A stretch of 63,346 nt of DNA, filler included, from Octopus bimaculoides (taxonomy: Eukaryota), in the NCBI RefSeq assembly GCF_001194135.2. It is 10 parts of 9 records of this genome, joined end to end, with 100 filler letters (N's around TTAATTAATTAA, not from the genome) between each part and the next. Parts side by side here need not be neighbours in the genome. Positions count along the whole stretch, not along the records: positions 17,884 to 30,742 come from NW_026389809.1; positions 30,843 to 34,056 come from NC_068981.1; positions 34,157 to 37,455 come from NC_068986.1; 7 more parts are not named here. One strand, given 5' to 3'. The position numbers were made by a program, and so were the translations under genes. This document shows, one piece after another, positions 23,970 to 35,381 of this stretch. The notes below the pieces were generated by a model that searched no databases, had not been told where the DNA came from, and saw only the letters and a program-made list of their open reading frames with translations. How positions within the stretch are numbered: the stretch's first letter is position 1; every line of letters starts with the position of its first letter.

Positions 23970-24452
23970 ATTTATACACACGTATATATTGAATTTAATT
24001 ACACTATTTTTTAATGCATATTTAATTTTTTTTTTAATACAAACATACACACACACATCTGCAAGTAGCTATACATACATACATACATACACGCGTACAC
24101 TCCCCCACCGCACACACAAACACGCATAGCTAAACACACACACACACACATGTACATAGACATACATGTGTTCATATTAACACGATCGTAGATTTTTTAC
24201 ATTGATTTCCTATTTCGTCTTCACACGCGCACACAAACACACACACACACACACACATATATACACACACTTGCACACGCACATGCATACAGGCACATAT
24301 AAACACACATGTGGCTGCTTTCACGCAAAAGACATTCATCTATATACCTATGTATGTGTATACATATAAATTTAAATTCAGTTACGGTCTATTTTTTACG
24401 TCTAGTTTATAGGCATAAGGATACTTTGCACGCACAAAGACTGATATTTTAA

Positions 24453-24513
<61 letters not shown>

Positions 24514-25084
24514 CACATATATACGCATATATATACACACACATATATATATACATACATACACATATATATACATACATACACACACATATATATACAT
24601 ACATATATATATATGTATATATATATGAATAATACACACAACTATCGGCAGCAAGCACAAACACATAATGCATAAAATGCAAGTATATAAATACATATAC
24701 ATAAACCCCTATATATATATATAAATGTATATATATATGTATATAAATATACTTATGTACATATGCGTGTGTGTATGTGTATGTATATATATAAATATAA
24801 GACGAGCCTGGCAGAGACATAGATATGACAGATTGAGAATGTTCAGATTCACTTCCTGCAATATAAGGCAGTCAATATACCCATAGAACACAATGGCCGG
24901 AGGTCCTCTCTTTAGGGTCCCATATTTTGTTTCATAAAAAGGCTATTCGTAGTAATTACGACCGATACAGACGAACAGACAGATAGACATAAGGAGATTG
25001 ACATTAACAGCATTTTCAAATTTATTTTTTAATGCAATTTTCAGATATTTCCTACACAATACTACACGCGCGTATGTATGTATG

Positions 25085-25973
25085 TGAGTGGTCTGATAAA
25101 TAAGTTTCCAGACTGTTGCCATAGTAACTAATGCACGCAGAGTGAAGCCCGTTGGCATAGATTGACCTTGAACTTTGCTATGCAAGGGCACAAAAGTTTT
25201 AACGTTCTAGTGCACGTCCGCTATTTACAGAAGTGCTTGGAAGGAAGGTGTGTAGAGTGTGATCATCGCGATGACAATGACAGAATAAGTTGAGCAGAGA
25301 ATCTGCATCAAACTTTGCAGAAAGTTTGGCGATACTTGCTCAGAGGCCTACGAAAATTTTTAAAGTTTTCATCGTTCTCGACACAATTAAGGAAATCTTG
25401 TGCAACTGTGAAACCCGAGTGTCCTTTTGGTCAGCTGAAAGTAGTTTTGCTAGAAACTTGGCAGACACGCGTTTCATACCCAAATCTTCAGTGATTATGG
25501 ACTGAACTGAACCTTAACTAATCTGCACATCCTCTGATAACTCACGGATGGTGATTGGACTATTTCCCCTCACAGCTGCACGCACACTTGCGCTGTTCTT
25601 CTTAGTTCTACTACTTGTGGGCCTCCCAGAACATTCGTCAATATTGACATTTTTCAGCCATCTTGGAAACGTCTGAAATACTCGTGCTTTTGTGTGCGAC
25701 TTTGCGACTCATACACTCCTCTCGATACACTTTCTGCAATTTTGTGTAGGCCCCTGAGCAGGTATCACCATGACAGATTTTTCTATCTTGGTCAAAGCGA
25801 CGATCACACGCTACACACCTTCCTACAAAGCACTGCTGTAGACAGCGGAAGTGAGCTAGAACGTCAAAACTTAGTGCGCATGCACAGCAAAGTCAATTTT
25901 GCCAAGCGGCTTCACTGCGTGCTTTAGCTTCTTTACTATGGCAACAGTCCGGATACTTATTGATCGGACCTCG
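25085..25973. mobile_element. Foldback mariner derivative with two head-to-head 5' ends (copy 1)
   Basis: Left arm: TIR, 5'UTR and start of transposase (+, to about 25355). Remainder is an inverted 5' portion of the transposase ending in TIR GATCGGACCTCG|TA. Confidence 0.9.
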
Positions 25974-25988
25974 TATATATGAAACCAT

Positions 25989-26239
25989 AAACAAAAACAA
26001 TTGCAGCATGGAAGATGTTTGTAAGTCATTTAAGAACGCACAAAAAAACTGTTTGATTCACTTCAACATTTAAATTAAATTTGTGTCCAAATATTTTCGT
26101 CGCTTTGAACAGGTCGCGGTTTCAAAGCGACGGAAATATTTTGATACAAATTAAATTTAAATGTTGAAGTGAAGCTAACGGTTTTTGTGTGTTCTTAAAT
26201 AACTTACAAACATCTTCCATGCTACAATTGTTTTTGTTT
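25989..26239. repeat. Near-perfect 250-bp palindrome (MITE-like)
   Basis: About 120-bp arms AAACAAAAACAATTG(C/T)AGCATGGAAGATGTTTGTAAG...CGTCGCTTTGAA around a loop of about 10 nt. Confidence 0.92.
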
Positions 26240-26287
26240 CAGTACACGATTTCAAATCAAGTGACTTGCCATGCAAGTACATCTCCG

Positions 26288-26355
<68 letters not shown>

Positions 26356-26548
26356 CTACTCCAAAGCCAGCTGCTAAGTATCTCACCGCTAAATGGCTTG
26401 AAACAATTGTAGTGATTAATAATTATTCTCATATCTTCCATCTTCCGTCTATTTCATTAAAATACCTGACTGAAATTTTACGTTGTTTACCGGTAGGCTA
26501 CCAGGTGTCCACCACACGATTTATTATCAAATAACAAATATATATGTA

Positions 26549-26660
26549 GGCGCAGGAGTAGCTTTGTGGTAAGCAGCTTGCTTCCCAATCAGGTGGCTTA
26601 GTGGTGTTGGATTCATGATCCTGGCGTTGGGATTTCGAATCCCGAACCGCGCGAGCGCAT
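26549..26660 (+). mobile_element. Truncated OK-like SINE head fused to a second tRNA-like SINE head
   Basis: GGCGCAGGAGTAGCTTTGTGGTAAGCAGCTTGCTTCCCAA, then A-box-like TGGCTTAGTGG and B-box-like TTCGAATCCC. Confidence 0.7.
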
Positions 26661-27525
26661 TATTATTTCACATTGCGATCTTGGACAAAACACTTTATTT
26701 TAAATTGCGATCTTAGGTTAAACGCTTTATTTCACATTGCGATCTTGGGGAAAACGCTTTATTTCACCTTGCGATCTTGGGCAAAACGCTTTATTTCACA
26801 TTGCAATCTTGGGCGAAACACTTTATTTTACATTGTGATCTTAGGCAATACGCTTTATTTTACATTGCTATCTTGGGCAAAACACTTTATTTCACATTGA
26901 AATCGCGGGAAAAAGACTTTACTTCACATTACGATCATGGACAAAACACTTTATTTTACATTGCCATCTTGGGCAAAACATTATTTTACGTTGGACACAA
27001 CGCTTTATTTCACATTGCGATCTTGGGCAAAATGCTTTATTTTTACATTGCGATGTTGGGCAAAACACATTATTTTACATTGCGATCTTGGGCAAAACCC
27101 TTTATTTCACGTTGGGATCTTGAGAAAAACACATTATTTCACATTGCAATCTTGGGCAAAATGCTTTATTTCACCTTGCAATCTACAGCAATACGATTTA
27201 TTTTACGCTGAGATCTTGGGCTAAACGTTTTATTTCACATTGCGATCTTGGCCAATACGCTGTATTTCACACTGTAATCTTGGGCAAAACACTCTATTTC
27301 ACGTTGCGATTTTGGGCAAAACACTTTATTTCACCATGCAATCTTGAGCAAAAGACCATTTCACATTGCGATCTTGGGCAAACATTTTATTTTACGTTGC
27401 AATTTTGGGCAAAACACTTTATTTCACATTGCGATCTTGGGCAAAGTATTTTATAGCGATGTTAGGCAAAACACTTTATTTTACATTGCGATCTTGGGCA
27501 AACCATTTTATTTCACGATCCTTCA
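26660..27525 (+). repeat. 32-bp minisatellite, about 27 copies
   Basis: Unit TGCGATCTTGGGCAAAACACTTTATTTCACAT. GATC at 26677, 26709, 26741 and 26773 gives period 32. Confidence 0.95.
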
Positions 27526-27621
27526 GTTCCCTCAGCTACAAACCATGGAAAGTCATTGTTTGCCATACTTCTAAGTTGTAGCTTGAGACTTTCGAAACAA
27601 AGGTTTAAGCTTGTGTCATCT

Positions 27622-28660
27622 TGTACTTGTTTCATTCATGAAACTACGGCCATGCTGGGGCACCATCTTGTAGAATTTGAGAAGAATTTTTTAGGGACGA
27701 ACCGACCCCAGTAGTTGTGTTTTCGGTTTAAAATCTGGTACGTTAGGCCCCGGGGACGCAAATACACCATGCGGTAATGATGGAGAAACACAAACACACA
27801 CATATATATATATATATATATACATACATACACACGCACAGGATTTCGCCGGCCTGAGGCCACTACGTGGGCCTAGGTGCCACACAGTGGGACTGAACCC
27901 GGAACCATGTGGTAGGGATGCAAGCTACTTGCCACACAGCCTCACGCGTGCCTTAGGGATAATTAAGATTTCTTTCTGCTGGAGACCATCCACTAAAAAT
28001 TACATGATTTTAAAAATAAAGCACAGAAATGTTTACCTTACCTTACCGTTTCCTTCGTCGTAACGGAAAACAGAAGTGCTCCAAATAGTGATTCCGTCGT
28101 ATTTTAATCTTTTAGTTGTTTCAGTCATTTGACTGCGGCCATGCAGGAGCACCGCCTTTAGTCGAAGAAATCAACCACAGGACTTATTCGTGGCGAACCT
28201 AATACTTAAATTATCTGACTCTTTCGTCGAGCCGCTAAGTTACGGGGACGTTAACACACCAGTATCGGTTGTCAAGCGATGTTGGCGAGGGGGGGGGGGA
28301 CACACAGACACAGAAGCATATACACATATATATATCTACGACGGGCTTCTTTCAGTTTCCGTGTACGAAATCCACTCACAAGGCTTTGGTCGGCTCGAAG
28401 CTATAGTAGAAGACACATGCCCACAGTGCCACACAGTGGGACTGAACTCGCCATTCGTGCGCCTATTAGTATTTCCTTATTTCAGTCAATGGACTGCGGC
28501 CTTACTGGAGTACCACTTTTAAGACTTTAGTTGCACAAATCGATTTCATTACTTCTTTTCTAAAATCTGGTTCTTACTTTTTTGGTTTCCTTTGTCCAGC
28601 CGCTAATTAACGGGGATGTAAACAAACCAGCACTGGTTGTCAAGTGATGAGGTGTACAAT
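27622..28660 (-). mobile_element. Cluster of three OK-like SINE copies or fragments (about 27622-27950, 28115-28450, 28470-28660)
   Basis: Repeated TTGTTTCAGTCATTTGACTGCGGCCATGC and GGTGCCACACAGTGGGACTGAAC motifs. Confidence 0.8.
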
Positions 28661-29149
28661 CACCAGCAAACACAAACATATACAGAATTTTATTAATATT
28701 TAGCAGAAGTAACAAATTGCATACAACCATACAAAACGGTCCAAAAGTATTACTGGTACAGCTTTGTAAATTACGGAAAGAGAAAACGAAACGATTTGAA
28801 TACACAGACAGAAAATATTTTGTTTATGTTGATCAGGACAGCTTTGATGACATTGAACTGTGATCAAATACACTCCATTCGTAAACGTTCCATTCTTTGA
28901 GGAGCAATTATGATTGAGTTGTCCAGTGTGTTCTCCACTTAGTGTGATTTGAGGGGAATTTCGATGCAAAAAGAGAGTAATGTTCAGCAGCGATAGAGAC
29001 AACTGTTACAGAACACACGTGAGATCAAGCAAGGCTGTAAAGGCTCCATTCTTGACACTTTCATTACATGCTGCCTTATTTTTCAGGAGTTCGCATTGCT
29101 TTCCCGCAGATTATTTAACTTTTCGAAGTATGATAGTGTCATTCTTCAG

Positions 29150-30300
29150 AGTGGTTAGAGGAGCAGACACGTGGTCGAGGGATCGCGGGTTCGAATCTGA
29201 GACCGGGCGAGATGTTAACTTATGAGCAAAACGCCTAAGCTCCACGCGGCTCCGGCAGAAGGTAATGGCGAACTTCTGCAGACTCTTTCGCCACAACTTT
29301 CTCGCACTCTCTCCTCCTGCATCTAGCAGCGCACTTGAGACGGAGCAGCGTCCTGTCCAGGTGGGGAACCTATACGCCAACGAAATCGGGAAACCGGCCC
29401 TTACGAGCCAGGCATAGCTGGAGAAGGAACAAACAAACAAACAACAAATTAAGCTACATTGGTTAGGGTGTTAGACTCATGATCCTAAGATTGTGCTTTC
29501 GATTCCTGGACCGGGCGATGTGTTGTGTTCTTGCGCAAAACACTCCATTTTACGTTACTCTTCTCCAGTCAGCTGGTAAAAATGAGTAATCCTGCGACAG
29601 ACTGGCGTACCATCCAGGGAAAATCGGGAAGCAAGCCTTATGCTTCTTACGGATTAATGTGGACGAACCAAAGTAAGCTTATAGAAGTTGAGCTTTGTAT
29701 CAAAAGCATACGGTGGAAGAAAAAAGCTGCTTGCAATCTACTTACATTTCTGCTCTTAAGAATACGCTAGCACTTCTGAGGCCGTTGATAAAGCGATAGA
29801 TTAATAACAGGTCATCTTTGACTGTTAGATTAAAATTATGTTTATAAAACATACAGTCGCATCTAAGGTAAGGATTTGAAACTTAGAAAAACTGACACGG
29901 TGCTGTAGTAAAAATAAAAATCATCTTTGTACCACTATGGACATAACGGTAGATCTAGTTAAATTACGTGTGAAGGCGCGTCACTAAGGGGTGAGGAGCA
30001 TTCATGTCGCGATCGTAAGGTTACGAGTTCGATTTCCGGTGTTGCATTTTATCTTTGAGCAAAATGCTGTATTTCAAGTCGCTTTATTTTGGTCCAGTCA
30101 GCTAACAAGAATGAGCTGTACCGGTATTTCAAAGGGCCAGACTTGCCACATTCTGTGTCACGCTGAATCTCACTAAAAACTATGTTAAGGGCATGCGTGT
30201 GTGGAGTGATCAGAGACTTGCACGTGCATTTCACGAGCATATTAACTTCCGTTGATTGGATCGACTCGAAACCCTCATCGTCGTGACCGATGGTGTGCCT
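29150..30300 (+). mobile_element. Three tRNA-derived SINEs of other families (about 29150-29445, 29455-29680, 29975-30300)
   Basis: B-box-like GGTTCGAATC, TTCGATTCC and GTTCGATTTCC; conserved (T)GAGCAAAAC-like motif; tails (AACA)n or ...GACCGATGGTGTGCC. Confidence 0.75.
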
Positions 30301-30974
30301 GTAGTAAGATCGCGTTTCCATTAAATACTTCATAGTATCACTAATATAATTCAGTATCCTGGGATGAGTAGGCGAGTCCTGACGATGGCTTTAATGATGA
30401 CTGGAACAAATTAGTGTCAGTCACATTCGCATGGAACTATGAAAATGAGACTGGTACAGTAAAATTCTCACAAACCTTTGAAAGAGTTCTTGAATCTGTC
30501 AATATCCTTACCTTCTAGAACATTCAAAATATGCATTTAAAATAGTGAAAAGAACAAAGAAGAGAATGACAAATGACAATCCAAACAAGTATAGTTTTTT
30601 TTTAATATTTTTTGTTTTTAGTCAGGATTTTTCGTTTCACATCAAAAAAAGTTCAGTTTTGGCGCATGAAAATCTTAAACTGTCCCAAAAAAGTTCCTTT
30701 GCAATTAGATACAACGAAAGAATAAATAAATATAGATTGGTCNNNNNNNNNNNNNNNNNNNNNNNNNNNNNNNNNNNNNNNNNNNNTTAATTAATTAANN
30801 NNNNNNNNNNNNNNNNNNNNNNNNNNNNNNNNNNNNNNNNNNATACACCAGATGTGCCATCAAAACTCTTGATTGGACTATATCAGGTGCAGGAGAAGAG
30901 CCATGCAAGGAACGTGAAGAGAGCACAGCATAAAGACAGAAAATCACGGTGGTGCTCCAGCATGACCACAGCCA

Positions 30975-31018
<44 letters not shown>

Positions 31019-31300
31019 AGTGTATAAGTGTATGTATGTATATTTATATATATACATATATATTTATTCTTGTCATGGAAGAATCATCTAAAACTGTTAA
31101 GTTGAAGAAGAGTGCAAACAGGATCCTAGCCAGTTAAAAATGACTTTTTTCTTCCACGAATCCTTCTTCTACAGACAGACAGACAGACACACACACACAT
31201 CTATATACTAGTTTATTTTTTCCCAGACGAAAAACTCTAAACAGCTTGTACCCTTTATTTCCCCCCTCCCGCTTACTTATGTCCTCTACGTCAAACTTAC

Positions 31301-31355
31301 CTTGTGAATATATACACCAATATGCTTTCAGTAAAGTCATTACACAAAAAAACAT
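31301..31355 (-). other. Candidate 55-nt exon
   Basis: Acceptor TTTTCACGCAACAG| and perfect donor CAAG|GTAAGT. Two frames open: MFFCVMTLLKAYWCIYSQ or VFLCNDFTESILVYIFT. Confidence 0.35.
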
Positions 31356-31383
31356 CTGTTGCGTGAAAACATATTTCTGTGGT

Positions 31384-31464
<81 letters not shown>

Positions 31465-31626
31465 CAATACACAGAATACAACTATTCACTCCTTGTGTTA
31501 AAACATAAAGCCTGTTGAGACTGTTCGACATTTTTCAATCTACGAAGAAAGTTGGTATACTTCTATGTCTACGACGTAAGTTTACGTGTACACATACAGA
31601 AATTTAACGCATGTTTAACCCTTTCT

Positions 31627-31633
31627 CAGTATT

Positions 31634-31671
<38 letters not shown>

Positions 31672-32490
31672 ACTATTGCTGGTGTTACTTTTCAAAACCT
31701 TCCGCGATAGAAAACCGCGNNNNNNNNNNNNNNNNNNNNNNNNNNNNNNNNNNNNNNNNNNNNNNNNNNNNNNNNNNNNNNNNNNNNNNNNNNNNNNNTT
31801 TTTGCAGTTGAGGAACATTGTGATAGCCAGTTGCTAGCGCTGCCTTTTTTTCTGGGTAAGAAGGACTTTATAAACTTCCATGACTCCGCCGATTGCATTT
31901 CTGAACCGCAGCGCACGAATTACCTGGAAGGGGGAGTCCCAATCTTCCACCATTCTCTGAAGTTCTTTTGGCGGCCTACATCTGCATACCTTCTCTCTTC
32001 CTTAAAAATGTCGAGGAGTTCTCTGCTTTAGTAAGCATCTTCCTCTGGTGCTTGGGTTCACTGTCAGAAGCATTAGAAGGTGTACAACGTTTGGGCGACA
32101 TCGTAGGGCTTGAAATAAACTGACAATTTTACACACAAATGCAAAAGAACACCACCCACTCCCCTCCCGAGTTTTGTTTTCCATACAGTATGTGCGATTC
32201 TTTGTTCACTCCCCTACGGCACACTACGTTTTTCTTTCGATATATTTTAATCCATGTGTTATACAGTGCAGTACTGTATTTTTATTTATTAATTTATTAA
32301 TTTTTAAGTGTGAAAATGTTTATTTTACCACAGAAATAATTAAAATCTAAAAAAAGATATAAGTACCTATTGGCCGCAGAAACCCGCGATATACTGAGGA
32401 ATCCGCGATATAAATTTACATGTATTAGCCAGAAAAATCCGTGGTGTATTGAGGACGCGATAGGTGAACCGCAATATGGCGACTGATTAC

Positions 32491-32492
<2 letters not shown>
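31627..32492 (-). mobile_element. Internally deleted Tigger/pogo transposon
   Basis: TIR (revcomp) CAGTAATCAGTCGCCATATTGCGGTTCACCTATCGCG followed by TA. N-terminus MSPKRCTPSNASDSEPKHQRKMLTKAE. C-terminal VIRALRFRNAIGGVMEVYKVLLTQKK...LAITMFLN. Confidence 0.85.
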
Positions 32493-32555
<63 letters not shown>

Positions 32556-32581
32556 CTGAAAAATACTGTCAGTACATAGAA

Positions 32582-33034
32582 CATGTGCTTTTGTGGCTAA
32601 AGAGACTTGGACTCTTATTTCTAGCAATGCTGGTGCTCCTTGCACCCTGGTTAATTTTAGTGACGGTGATTTATTTCCGTTTGGTTTTAAATTGCGTCTA
32701 GCCACTTTAATTTTCACCATAATTTTCACATTATCATTTTGCTGAATCAGTCATTGGTTTCTATGGTAAATTTATAAAAACCTGACAAGTGAAATTTCAA
32801 CTTCACCACCCGCAATGGAGTAAGCATTCATTTCATGCGAAATTGGGATGTCAATTCAATGCCCTCGCTTGCGTTGGGGAGGTTGTCTCCCTTGTCAGGG
32901 AGCATGTGCTTTTGAAACCAAGGAGTCTTTGATTCTTATTTCTAGCAATGCTGGTTCTCCCTGAACGCTTAGTCATTTTAGTGATGGTGAATTATTTCCT
33001 TTTTGGTTTTAAATTGCGTCTAGCAGCCTTAATT
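32582..33034. repeat. Two ~130-bp direct repeats, 321-bp period
   Basis: CATGTGCTTTTG...TCTTATTTCTAGCAATGCTGGT...TTTGGTTTTAAATTGCGTCTAGC at 32582-32712 and 32903-33034. Confidence 0.9.
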
Positions 33035-33126
<92 letters not shown>

Positions 33127-33137
33127 TGTGTTATATA

Positions 33138-34028
33138 CCAGGTCTGATCAATAAGTATCCGGACTCTTGCCATAGCAACGAAGCTATAGCTCACGGAGTA
33201 AAGCCACCTGCCACAGATTCACTTTAAACTCTTCTGTGCATGCACACTAAGTTTTAACGTTCTAGCTCATTTCTGCTGTTTACAGCAGCGCTTGGAAAGA
33301 AAGCATGTAACGTGTTATTGTTACATTGACCATGACAGAAAGTTGAGCAAAGAATCTTCGTCAAATTTTGCCAAAACCTTGGCGATACCTGCTCAGAGGC
33401 CTACGCAAAGTTTTCAAAAAGTTTTCATTGTTCTCGACACAATCAAGGAGATCGTGTGCAACTGAAACCCGAGTTTTCTTTTTGGTCAGCTGAAAGTTTT
33501 GGCACAAACCTGGCAGTCACGCGTCTCATGTCCAAATCTTCAGTAATAATGGACTCAAGTGAACTGCAACTAATCTACACAACCTCTGATATCTCACGGA
33601 TGGTGATTCAACGATTTTTTCACACAGCTGCACGCACATCTGCGATGTTTATCTCAGTTCTGCTGGTTGCAGATCTCCCAAAACTTTCGTCGATATCGAC
33701 ATTTTGTTGGCCATCTTGGAAACGTCTGAACCACTCCTACACTTGTTTGCAGCTCATGCAATCTTCTCCATACACTTTCTGCAACCTTGCGTAGGTCTCT
33801 GAGCAGGTATCGCCATGACAACTTGCTCTGTCATGATCAGTGCAATGATCACATGCTACACACCTTCCTTCTAAGCACTGTTGTAAACAGAGGAAGTGAG
33901 CTAGAACGTTAAAACTTAGTGCGCATACATAGCAGAGTCCAAGGTAAATCTGTGCCAAGCGTCTTTACTTTGTGTTCTTTAGCTTCGTTACTATGGTAAC
34001 AGTCCCGACACTTATTGATCAGACCTCG
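33138..34028. mobile_element. Foldback mariner derivative with two head-to-head 5' ends (copy 2)
   Basis: TA|CCAGGTCTGATCAATAAGTATCCGGAC...TTGATCAGACCTCG|TA. The inverted part encodes GDTCSETYARLQKVYGEDCMS...EWFRRFQDG...DMRRVTARFVPKL. Confidence 0.92.
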
Positions 34029-34184
34029 TATATATACATATATATATATATATATANNNNNNNNNNNNNNNNNNNNNNNNNNNNNNNNNNNNNNNNNNNN
34101 TTAATTAATTAANNNNNNNNNNNNNNNNNNNNNNNNNNNNNNNNNNNNNNNNNNNNAAACACAGACACACATATATACACATAT

Positions 34185-34350
34185 ATACGACGGGCTTATT
34201 TCAGTTTCCGTCTACCAAATCCAGTCACAAGGCTTTGGTCGGCCCGAGGCTATAGTAGAAGACACTTGCCCAAGATGTCACGCAGTGGGACTGAACCCGG
34301 AACAATGTGGTTGATAAGTAAGCTACTTACGAAACAGCCACTCCTGCGCC
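34185..34350 (-). mobile_element. OK-like SINE 5' half
   Basis: GGCTTTGGTCGGCCCGAGGCTATAGTAGAAGACACTTGCCCAAG...CAGCCACTCCTGCGCCT. Confidence 0.9.
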
Positions 34351-34489
34351 TGTTTAATATAACTGCACAAAGATTATGTCGTTCTCTTGGAGAATCTGAT
34401 ACTAATGTTTCAGTCAGTGCAAGGTCCCAATACTCATTTTCTAAAAAAAATACTATATTGATAGTATGCTTACCTATAAGATTCACACG

Positions 34490-35110
34490 CACGACTATTC
34501 GCCGTCCTCGAATCTTGGAATGATTTGGGACCACGTACTTCATGTGAAGAGGGGGGCGCGTAAGTCGTAGCATTCTGCTTGGCTTGTGGGACTACTGTAA
34601 ACTCTTGCAAGAGCATCAGCCCATGTTCTCTAGTGCCATCTATTGTTTCTCCAAGTGTAATACTTGGGTAATTGTTGGTAAAGGAGTTCTCTTGCATCTT
34701 CATCTACTTGAAACAACTTAAAAAGTCAGTAATGGTAGTTTCTTTTGGATAAAGTGCTTGTTGCAAGGTTGTTTGTTTTTGTAAAGATAGCCCTATGACC
34801 ATTTCCTGCATGGACACTCAGATGAATGATAGTTGGATGCCTCTCCTGAATGGGAAAATTGAAGATGTACCATAAAGCCTCATTGATACTGATGTATCTT
34901 CCGCTGTCACACTGTGCATTCTCATCATTTTAATTTATCTGCTGAGTGCCATTCTGCATAAGAGTGTCTTGCAGCATCTAAACCTTTGTCTATATATTTG
35001 AAAACTTACAGAGTTATCAGAGTTAATGAATTCAACATTGAATCTGGCTTCTTGTACTCGCATTTGCTTCACTGTAGAATACTGATCATCTACATCTATG
35101 CCGTCTCCAC
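34490..35110 (-). mobile_element. Helitron Rep/helicase fragment
   Basis: FNVEFINS, KYIDKGLDAA, GRYISINEALWYIFNFPIQERHPTIIHLSVH, ARELLYQQLPKYYTW, VRGPKSFQD. Confidence 0.88.
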
Positions 35111-35314
35111 TGGTACAGGATGAGAAAATTGCTCTCGGAAACTTTTTTGAAAGTTAAAATGGGGATTAAATGAAAAAAATGAGTTACGTAAATATCCTCA
35201 CCAGAGTGACTAAAATAAATGGCAATTGTGGAATGGCCCACGCATACACACATACATTTACATACAGTATCAAACAACAGATGAAATGGAGGTGTGTGTG
35301 TTTGAGAGGGAGAA

Positions 35315-35381
<67 letters not shown>

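Noticed and set aside
26673-27581. Repetitive ORFs (HIAILGKTLYFTLRSWAK...)
   Set aside because: Translations of the 32-bp minisatellite; the unit is not a multiple of 3 and the frames rotate.
29150-29215. tRNA gene
   Set aside because: A/B-box-like head only. It continues into a SINE body and no complete cloverleaf or acceptor stem is evident.
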